Assembly (NCBI GenBank): GCA_049598495.1
Contig: JBMYNR010000036.1
Location: 1-15,533, forward strand
DNA from: Opitutales bacterium
Lineage (GTDB): Bacteria > Verrucomicrobiota > Verrucomicrobiia > Opitutales > Coraliomargaritaceae
DNA: 15,533 nucleotides
Reading direction: 5' to 3'
A program made the translations under genes and the position numbers. The number at the start of each line of letters is the position of its first letter. Positions within the stretch are counted from its first letter, which is position 1. Shown here in pieces: positions 8,633 through 15,533 of the stretch. The notes below the pieces were generated by a model. The model was not told the origin of the DNA, ran no database searches, and saw only the letters and a program-made list of their open reading frames with translations.

Positions 8633-8929
8633 AATTGGGCTTTTTTGTAAGTGATTTTGAGAAGAGTGCAACTAGAAGCTTCAAGATATATGATTCAGGA
8701 GCGATTAAGGGGGTATTTTCGTCGCGGAAAAGCATATTTCTAGGTGTTATGACTTGCATGATTCGGATCAAGAGCTCGAGCCCCAGCACAATGAGCATTT
8801 TGTCGACCCTTTGTTGGCTAGGGCCGCTTGCTGGAATCTCCTCAAGAACAAAGGGAGCCCTTGTCCGTCAACTACCTCTTGCCCTGTGTAGCGGTTAAAA
8901 GCCTTCTAGGGGCAATAATTTTCTAAATC

Positions 8930-9026
8930 GGTATGAGGCCCGCTTCTGATTTCTCAAAAGCGGGCCTGTCACTAACCTAATTAAACCCAACTAACTCACT
9001 GATGTGTTGTATCAGTGATAATTAGG
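8930..9026 (-). ncRNA. Candidate small RNA or structured leader
   Basis: Hairpin 8996-9003/9011-9018, outer stem 8976-8983/9019-9026, a 12-nt bulge GUUAGUUGGGUU, and a GC-rich hairpin 8936-8967 (14 bp, one mismatch). Confidence 0.5.
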
Positions 9027-9051
9027 AACTCGAATGATGAAGAATTGTTCC
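9025..9051. promoter_or_regulatory. Palindromic GGAAC-N17-GTTCC, ECF-sigma-like promoter or operator
   Basis: GGAAC (9025-9029), 17 nt, GTTCC (9047-9051). It reads GGAAC-N17-GTT on both strands. Confidence 0.4.
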
Positions 9052-9167
9052 CAGGTTTTTGTAAAAATTCTAAAAAATGTTAGAGTGCATCTTGGTTTTG
9101 AAGAGCGGTCGGGAGAAGCTGCCGATCGCGCTGTGGAGTTTGGGTATTTGCGATGCAAGAATGTAGC

Positions 9168-10514
9168 TTATTCTTTTGGTTGCAGTTCGATTTCGCCGTC
9201 GTGAAAGCGGGCGGATAATAGACTCTCTTTCCCGGCTTTTCCAGCGCTGTCGATGATGTGTCCATCTTGGCTCTGGATAACGGCAAACCCTCGTTTCAAA
9301 CTCGCCTGGAGACTGCCGTTGCTGAGTCGATGTTGAAGTTGATCCAAAAGATCCTGTTTGTCTCGGCCTGCTCGTGCGCTCGCTCGCTCAAGCCGTCTGG
9401 TGGTATCCTCTAAGCTGTCGTAGGCAAAGCGGATGCGAGTGCGCGGGTGGCGCTCGGCGACCCTTTGAGCAAGTTGCCCAACTTGTTTTTGGGCGACGAA
9501 TAGTCGGCCCGATAAATGACTTTTAAGTCGGTTTTCCAGATCGTCGATTCGCATACCAAGATATTGAACGCTTCGCTGTGGGGCAATGACATGCATTCGG
9601 GCTTGGAGATCGCGAATTTGGCGGCACTTATCATCAAGGTATCGATTCATCCAAGCCTTGAAATCCTGCTCGGCGTGGATGAAACTCGATACCGCCTCAA
9701 GATAGAGGGATGAGATCAGTTCTGCCGCGCCCGACGGTGTCTCGGCGCGGCGATCTGCGGCGTAGTCCGTGAGCACGTGGTCGATTTCATGGCCGATCGC
9801 CGAAATAACCGGGACCGGACAGGCGGTTACTGCACGAGCTACCGACTCTTCATTAAAGGTCCAGAGATCTTCGATACTGCCGCCCCCGCGAGTCAGTACG
9901 ACAAGGTCGAAACCTTGGCTCGAAGATACATATTTCAGCATGGACTCGACCTCTTCGGCGGACCCTTGGCCTTGCACGCGCGCAGGAAAAATAATAACCT
10001 CACCTGCATACTCGCGTCGTTTCAGGATACGAAGAAAATCCTGGACGGCCGCGCCGGTGGGGGAGGTGATAACAGCGATTTTTTTAGGAATTACCGGTAG
10101 AGACTGCTTGTTTTCGGCGTCGAACAAACCTTCGCCGGCAAGTTTGCGTTTCAGGCGTTCATATTCCAGTTGCAAGCGACCTTCGCCGCTCTGGATGGCG
10201 ACCCTGGTGATCAGTTGGTAGCGTCCGTGCGGCTCAAACACGGAAATGTCGCCGAGCAGCAGCACTTCCATTCCGTTCCGCAATTCAAAGGACTGCCGTG
10301 CGGCATCTCTTGCAAAGAGGGCACAGGGTAACTGGCTTCCGTCGTCCTTCAGCGAAAAGTAGACATGTCCCGAGCTCTGTTTCCGCAGGTTGGAGACTTC
10401 GCCCTGCACCCAAACGCGCGCGAAATTCTCTTCCAACTGCCCCTTAATCAGGCGAGTCAGCGCGGTGACTTTGAGAATTTGGTCAGGCGAGGGCGTTAGG
10501 AAATCATCCGGCAT
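9168..10514 (-). CDS. xseA: Exodeoxyribonuclease VII large subunit
   Basis: VWVQGEVSNL...SGHVYFSLKD OB-fold, IAVITSPTGAAVQD, RGGGSIEDLWTFNEE, SAIGHEID, RAETPSGAAE and LKRGFA. Confidence 0.96.
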   Translation of the reverse strand: MPDDFLTPSPDQILKVTALTRLIKGQLEENFARVWVQGEVSNLRKQSSGHVYFSLKDDGSQLPCALFARDAARQSFELRNGMEVLLLGDISVFEPHGRYQLITRVAIQSGEGRLQLEYERLKRKLAGEGLFDAENKQSLPVIPKKIAVITSPTGAAVQDFLRILKRREYAGEVIIFPARVQGQGSAEEVESMLKYVSSSQGFDLVVLTRGGGSIEDLWTFNEESVARAVTACPVPVISAIGHEIDHVLTDYAADRRAETPSGAAELISSLYLEAVSSFIHAEQDFKAWMNRYLDDKCRQIRDLQARMHVIAPQRSVQYLGMRIDDLENRLKSHLSGRLFVAQKQVGQLAQRVAERHPRTRIRFAYDSLEDTTRRLERASARAGRDKQDLLDQLQHRLSNGSLQASLKRGFAVIQSQDGHIIDSAGKAGKESLLSARFHDGEIELQPKE

Positions 10515-11187
10515 TCTGCTTGTTTCTCCGGGGAAGCATTCGAGTCGCGATTATAAGAATACATAGGATGGTGATCCCTGTAATTGCAAGCCCGACGCGC
10601 CCCTCAAAAATGGCGCCGCCGGTTAAGACAAATCCGGCGGTCCACATGCTCGTCGTCGGGATGGAAACCATCAGGTAGGGGCGTAGCCGCATGCCGACAA
10701 TGCCCAAGGCGATGTTCTGGAGGGCGTAGGGGATTCCAGGGGTGAGTCGCAGGATAAGCCCCAACTTCAGCGTGTTCCGCTCGCTGATAGTGGGCAGCTC
10801 CCGGTACTTTTCTACATACTTGGTGAGTAGACCACGCAGGGGGCCCGAAGCCAGGGCATAAGTCCATGTGCTACACAGACTCTGAGCGGCGATGGCCAGT
10901 GCCAGCGTTGCAGGCATGCCGAAGCGCGGCGCTAAGACGATTCCAAACAATACAAGTACGGGGCTGCTGGGGACACCGATACCGGGAAGGGTGGCCAATA
11001 CGATTATGAGCATCCAGGGATTGTCTTCGAGGAAGGCGCGCCCCTCGTCAATCAGGCCGATCCAGTAGGCAGGATCCGGGTGGCTCTGCCATAGAAAGAA
11101 GACAGTTGCCGCCGAAAGAAAGGCCGGAACCGTGAAAAGAACCAAGTTGCGCCGGAGCCGGCTTTTTTGATCACGCGTTTCGGACAT
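10504..11187 (-). CDS. TVP38/TMEM64 (VTT/DedA, SNARE-associated) membrane protein
   Basis: Multiple TM segments and the LILRLTPGIPYALQNIALG motif. It overlaps the xseA start by 11 bp. Start ATG 11187 (the ORF track uses TTG 11223). Confidence 0.85.
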   Translation of the reverse strand: MSETRDQKSRLRRNLVLFTVPAFLSAATVFFLWQSHPDPAYWIGLIDEGRAFLEDNPWMLIIVLATLPGIGVPSSPVLVLFGIVLAPRFGMPATLALAIAAQSLCSTWTYALASGPLRGLLTKYVEKYRELPTISERNTLKLGLILRLTPGIPYALQNIALGIVGMRLRPYLMVSIPTTSMWTAGFVLTGGAIFEGRVGLAITGITILCILIIATRMLPRRNKQNAG

Positions 11188-11194
11188 CTGCGGC

Positions 11195-11274
11195 ACATTG
11201 GAGAGTTTCTCGAATGGTGGCAAGACTCGCTCAGTTCAACGCTGGCTTGCCAAGGGGTCGAAAGCACTTAGCGT
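11195..11274. promoter_or_regulatory. Divergent promoters for the VTT and LysM genes
   Basis: Plus strand TTGCCA (11247-11252)-N16-TAGCGT (11269-11274)-N9-ATG. Minus strand TTGCCA (11223-11218)-N17-CAATGT (11200-11195)-N7-ATG. Confidence 0.45.
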
Positions 11275-11283
11275 CCAGAGCTT

Positions 11284-11889
11284 ATGGAAGAAGATATCGA
11301 AGCTTCGTCAGGATCATCCATGATGTCCATCGCGCTAGCCATGCTGGCCTTTGTTCTTGGGGGTGCAGGCCTCTACTTTGGGATCAGTGCCAAGCAGCAG
11401 ATCACGCCGCTAACCGCTTCGGTTGATGAGGGAACGAGCTCCTCGGCCCGCCTCGAAAAGCGGCTGTCATCTCTCGAGACCCAGCTTACCGAGCTTTCTA
11501 CGGAACTGGGCCGCTTGAAAGGGAGCGTGCAGCGTGCGGGTCGTGAAACCTCGCAGGCGCTACGCGATGCAAGCACCTCCAAGCAGACCGCAACGGCTAA
11601 TCGCGAGGAATTGATCAAGTTGGCAACGGCCATGCAGGAACTCGTGAACTCGCGGGGCGTGTCCTCCGGCGGAACGCGTTCCCCGGCCGCACCGTCTATA
11701 TCCGCCGACGGTGGAACCACGTCTTCGGGTAACGCCTCGGCATCGGTCTATACCATCCGTTCGGGCGATACCTTTGGCAAGATCGCGGCCGAAAACGGGG
11801 TCAGCCTAGATGCAATCCTCGACGCGAACCCGGATGCCGATCCTCGTCGCCTGCGTATTGGTCAGGAGATTAATCTACCCGTATATTAA
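11284..11889 (+). CDS. Membrane-anchored coiled-coil protein with C-terminal LysM domain
   Basis: N-terminal TM helix, heptad region, S/G/T-rich linker, and Lys[29 protein letters not shown]...[10 protein letters not shown]. Confidence 0.92.
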   Translation: MEEDIEASSGSSMMSIALAMLAFVLGGAGLYFGISAKQQITPLTASVDEGTSSSARLEKRLSSLETQLTELSTELGRLKGSVQRAGRETSQALRDASTSKQTATANREELIKLATAMQELVNSRGVSSGGTRSPAAPSISADGGTTSSGNASASVYTIRSGDTFGKIAAENGVSLDAILDANPDADPRRLRIGQEINLPVY

Positions 11890-12458
11890 TGTCGGAGCTT
11901 GCCCATGGCTCAGAGCCGTCACGCTGGGAACTCATTGATGACCAGCTACTGAATCCTTGCCGAGTTTGGGATTTACGTGCCCGTCGCTATCGCCACCCGA
12001 ATACGGGGAAAGAGGGCGAGTTCTTCTATATCGATTCGCGTGACTGGGTCATCGTGGTTGCTCGAACCACTGCGGGAGAACTCATTCTTGTGCGGCAGTT
12101 TCGCTGGGGTGCGGATGAACTGACATGGGAGTTGCCGGGTGGGATTATAGATGCAGGCGAAGATCCTGTGGAAGCCGGTCTACGTGAGTTGCAGGAAGAA
12201 ACGGGCTATCAGGCGAAGCGTGGTCGTGTCATCGGCCATTGCCGTCCCAATCCTGCCATCCTGAATAATTTCTGCCATATCGTGTTCGCTGAAGACGCGG
12301 AGATTCACCACGAGGGTACTGATTGGGATGAGCACGAGGAGATGGAGGTGCGCGCTCTGCCTGAAAGCACAGTCCTACAGTGGGCGAAGGACAGTCGGAT
12401 CGGCCACGCGCTCGCCTTGACCGGTCTCCTTTTTTATCGCTTGGAGCGCGGTGAGTAA
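11889..12458 (+). CDS. Nudix hydrolase (ADP-ribose pyrophosphatase-like)
   Basis: Nudix box [24 protein letters not shown] and LVRQFR...WELP. TAATG coupling to the LysM gene. Confidence 0.92.
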   Translation: MSELAHGSEPSRWELIDDQLLNPCRVWDLRARRYRHPNTGKEGEFFYIDSRDWVIVVARTTAGELILVRQFRWGADELTWELPGGIIDAGEDPVEAGLRELQEETGYQAKRGRVIGHCRPNPAILNNFCHIVFAEDAEIHHEGTDWDEHEEMEVRALPESTVLQWAKDSRIGHALALTGLLFYRLERGE

Positions 12459-12573
12459 TACCACTTCTCAGAAGCGGTATATGTAGGCGGAGGTAGATAC
12501 GTGGCGTCGTGTGGTTCATTGGAGGAACCTTGCATCGCTGAAGGGGACTCATATATCTCGGATGACCGCTGTT

Positions 12574-15423
12574 ATGAAAACACGTTACAAATTATTCCTC
12601 GGACTTGTTGTATTTCTCCTTGTCCTCTTCGCGGGTGCCTACTGGCTGCTCATGCGCCCCGCTTTTCAAAAAAATCTAATCGAGGGCCGTTTGCCGGTGG
12701 GGAGCTCCTTGAAGCATGTTCATCTTACCTTGGATAGTCTGGAGCTCGAGGAGCTTCGCCTCCGACTTAAGGATGGCACCATTGTTAAGCTTGAGAGATT
12801 GAATGTTGGTATTTCGCCATGGGCAGCTCTCTTCGATCGCACGATACGGTTGGAGGGGTTGAAAGTGGATGGCTTGCTTGTCGAGTTTTCTGAGAAAACG
12901 AGCGATCCGTCACCCCCCGGGGCGGGCGCAACTGAAACTTTCGATTCTGCATCCGAGTCTTCGGACATTCCCCTGTATGCCATCGATCAAATCGACTGGA
13001 TGCTCGACCTCGATTCGATCGATCTGAATGGTGTATTTGTCGACTCTGCACGTAATTGCTACGCTTTCAAACTCTCCTCGGGTCGTGTCGCGCCGGGAAC
13101 GCGGACGGAGCTGGAGGCATCGATACAACTGGAATCGAATAAAACGTATCAGGGAGGCTTGCAGGCCTTGTCCTCAAATATTCGTGTCCTATTGACCCAA
13201 CGAGGGGAGGGTGGCTTCGATTCTATTCATGTGGCTTCGCAAACGCTGGGCAGCGATGCATCGGGTGTGGAACTCTTGTCGGTGGCGCAGACTTTGGAGT
13301 TATCGGTGGATGGTTTTGAGCAGTCCGCTGAACTGAATGCATCCGTCGATGCCGATCTGCTGCGGCCCGATGTGTTGCTACCGGAACTGGCAGCACTTCA
13401 AGGGCTCTCGCTACAAGGGGATTTCCGGGCCACTGTGACTGGTGAGGTCTTGACCTTGAATTCAGCCACTCTGGACGCATCAGAAAATGGGGTTCAAGTT
13501 GCTTCGCTGGTTTTAAAGCAGGGCCTGACTCTCGGGAGGCAACAGCAATTCTCGGGTGAGTTGATGAATATTTCACTCACAGGGCTACCGCTTGTGTGGG
13601 TGAACCCATGGTTGGACGGTGCTCTGGAATTGAGCGGTGCTCCGTTCTCGGCTGAATTTTGCGTAGCCGGCGGGGAAGATGGAAGCATACAGATTACAAG
13701 CAGAAGGCCGATTGAAGTGGGGCCATTTTCGCTGTCCAAGGATAAGCGTCCGCTCTTGGATGATGTTTTCATTCGAATGCATCCAACGGTTGGCATAGGA
13801 GCCGATAACACGATTCAATACAAGCTAGGTGATTTTCAGCTGCTTGATCGGTCCGGAGATGTCGTCAGTGGAAGTCTGAGTGGCTCGATGTTGCCAGTGC
13901 TTGGCGGTCTGCCGCTTTCCGGGCTTCAAACAAGAGCAAGGCTACAACTGGACCTTTCGGACTTATTCAAACAACCAATGTTTGTGAGACGAGCGAGTAT
14001 TCTTGGCGGCCAGGCGAGGGTAGAGCTCGAGCTTGACGGTGCTGCAGAATACCCCGCCAAGCTCGAGACTGTGATCACCGATTTCCGGGTGATGGATTTT
14101 TCGGCGTCTCCCCAGGACTACCGTCTGGCTGCCCAAGTGAAGCAGTCCGAAAGCGGTATTTCTTTGCTCGATGCGAGTTTTGAGGCAGGGTCCGAGGATC
14201 GCCCAAGCACGAACCTTCAGTTATCTGGAAGTGTAAATGCGGAGAAGCAACCGATTCCGTTTAAGGTAAACATTATTTCAACGAAGGTGGTGCAGCGCGA
14301 CATGGATAGGCTGCTTGCTACTTTCAAGGCTGACGAGTCGGGTATGAGCAGGCCTTTATCCACTTCGTCAAGTTCCGCGTCATCGCCACTTCAAGGCGGA
14401 AGGCAAAATCCACCGCCCTGGGCGGCGCTTGATGGTGAGGTCGCTATCAAGATTGACGCACTGACCCTCGCATCGGGACATGAACTTTGCGGGCTTTCTG
14501 CGAACGCGAGGCTCTCCGAGGCTTTGCTCACACTAGACCACATCGAGGCCTCGCTCGACGGGGGAGGGCTCCAGGGCGGAGCCCGTGTCGAGTATCATCG
14601 CGAGTCACCTGCCACCTATTGTATCGCATCGAATTGCAAATTTGAGAACATCGACCCGCTTGTTTTCTCGAAGAATGATTCGGGGACTTTTCCGATACAG
14701 GGGCGCTTTAACGGAGAACTGCAATTTGTCGGTTCGGGGGCGACTCTGGGGAGCGCTCTCGAGGACGCGGAGGGGGGGCTGACGATCACTGGCCGTGACG
14801 GGATTTTAAGCGCCTTTGAATTGGATAATCGTAGCCAGTTGGGTCTGCTTGGTGCAGGCTTACTGGGGCAGCAACTTGACCGTCCCGGTATTACGGCGAT
14901 GGCACAGGCAATACCTTATTTCAAAGATATGCCTTTTCAGAATTTCACGCTCAAGTTGACACGTGGCGATGATCGCCAAATACGGATTCCTGAGCTGAGC
15001 TTTCTAGGCGACAACGTCCGTATCCAAGGGGAAGGCTTCATTGCGGCTAGCGGTTTGAGTGAAGTCATCAAACAGCCACTCAGTCTTCGACTGACCTTAA
15101 GTGCCAAAGGCCGCTTGGTGAGCTACCTCGAGACGCTGCAACTCCTCGGGCCGGATACGAGTGAGGATGGCTTCCGAGGCTGGAAGCAGAATATCAATAT
15201 CGGTGGCACTCTTGGGGATCCAGATACGAGTGAATTTCAGCGCATACTAACGGATGCAGCACGGCGTGCGATCCGAGGAAAGGATCTAGAAAAGTCGAAC
15301 GTGAACAGGCAGCTGCCCTTTGCACAATCCAGCGAGGAGCCTAAGGAAAAGAGCAAGGAGGAACAATTGGTCGACGATATCGAGATGGGGCTCGATATCC
15401 TAAATGCCCTCTTCGGCAATTAG
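12574..15423 (+). CDS. AsmA-like large periplasmic protein with N-terminal membrane anchor
   Basis: N-terminal TM (LFLGLVVFLLVLFAGAYWLL) and an alternating beta-strand pattern throughout. AsmA-type N-terminus (LNVGISPWAALFDRTIRLEGLKVDGL) and C-terminus (ELSFLGDNVRIQGEGFI...INIGGTLGDP). Start 12574 or 12562. Confidence 0.75.
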   Translation: MKTRYKLFLGLVVFLLVLFAGAYWLLMRPAFQKNLIEGRLPVGSSLKHVHLTLDSLELEELRLRLKDGTIVKLERLNVGISPWAALFDRTIRLEGLKVDGLLVEFSEKTSDPSPPGAGATETFDSASESSDIPLYAIDQIDWMLDLDSIDLNGVFVDSARNCYAFKLSSGRVAPGTRTELEASIQLESNKTYQGGLQALSSNIRVLLTQRGEGGFDSIHVASQTLGSDASGVELLSVAQTLELSVDGFEQSAELNASVDADLLRPDVLLPELAALQGLSLQGDFRATVTGEVLTLNSATLDASENGVQVASLVLKQGLTLGRQQQFSGELMNISLTGLPLVWVNPWLDGALELSGAPFSAEFCVAGGEDGSIQITSRRPIEVGPFSLSKDKRPLLDDVFIRMHPTVGIGADNTIQYKLGDFQLLDRSGDVVSGSLSGSMLPVLGGLPLSGLQTRARLQLDLSDLFKQPMFVRRASILGGQARVELELDGAAEYPAKLETVITDFRVMDFSASPQDYRLAAQVKQSESGISLLDASFEAGSEDRPSTNLQLSGSVNAEKQPIPFKVNIISTKVVQRDMDRLLATFKADESGMSRPLSTSSSSASSPLQGGRQNPPPWAALDGEVAIKIDALTLASGHELCGLSANARLSEALLTLDHIEASLDGGGLQGGARVEYHRESPATYCIASNCKFENIDPLVFSKNDSGTFPIQGRFNGELQFVGSGATLGSALEDAEGGLTITGRDGILSAFELDNRSQLGLLGAGLLGQQLDRPGITAMAQAIPYFKDMPFQNFTLKLTRGDDRQIRIPELSFLGDNVRIQGEGFIAASGLSEVIKQPLSLRLTLSAKGRLVSYLETLQLLGPDTSEDGFRGWKQNINIGGTLGDPDTSEFQRILTDAARRAIRGKDLEKSNVNRQLPFAQSSEEPKEKSKEEQLVDDIEMGLDILNALFGN

Positions 15424-15533
15424 ATTATGTGGGATTTGGGGCAGGAGCATGCGTTTGTCCGTCGACCTTGCTGGCGCAAGTTCGCTACGTTGTGCCGGAT
15501 GTCGCGATGCGATGCCAGTCGCGTCGACGTATG

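Noticed and set aside
8526..8898. Short ORFs 8526-8798 (-) and 8635-8898 (+)
   Set aside because: They use alternative start codons and have no recognisable motifs. The first overlaps the lipoprotein gene and both cover its leader.
1..15533. Remaining short overlapping or antisense ORFs; CRISPR arrays, tRNA, rRNA, IS elements, reverse transcriptases, prophage genes
   Set aside because: The small ORFs are shadows of well-supported genes in GC-rich DNA. I saw no spaced repeats, cloverleafs or mobile-element proteins.

Overview
A GC-rich bacterial chromosomal segment. Gene content and protein style suggest Verrucomicrobia (Opitutae, Coraliomargarita-like), which is an inference. Most of the window is housekeeping and envelope genes: radC, rlmN, a SurA-like PPIase, proA, a PfkB/adenosine kinase, a lipoprotein, xseA, a VTT/DedA protein, a LysM protein, a Nudix hydrolase and an AsmA-like protein, plus a VapBC-type toxin-antitoxin pair. 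Four things are not explained by the ORF track. (1) A ~220-nt rod-shaped RNA with a central bubble at ~4923-5143 resembles a divergent 6S RNA. (2) A structured element at ~8930-9051 has an ECF-sigma-like promoter and a seed complementary to the start-codon region of the neighbouring lipoprotein gene, making it a candidate sRNA or long regulatory leader. (3) An ~810-bp kdgK-eda block truncated at both ends is fused into a 5'-truncated AraC gene through an 11-bp microhomology, either a real rearrangement or a chimera artefact. (4) A promoter layout TTGNNN-N16-(T/C)ANNNT recurs only 7-9 nt before ATG at several genes, implying near-leaderless mRNAs. All RNA structures were paired by eye and no searches were run.
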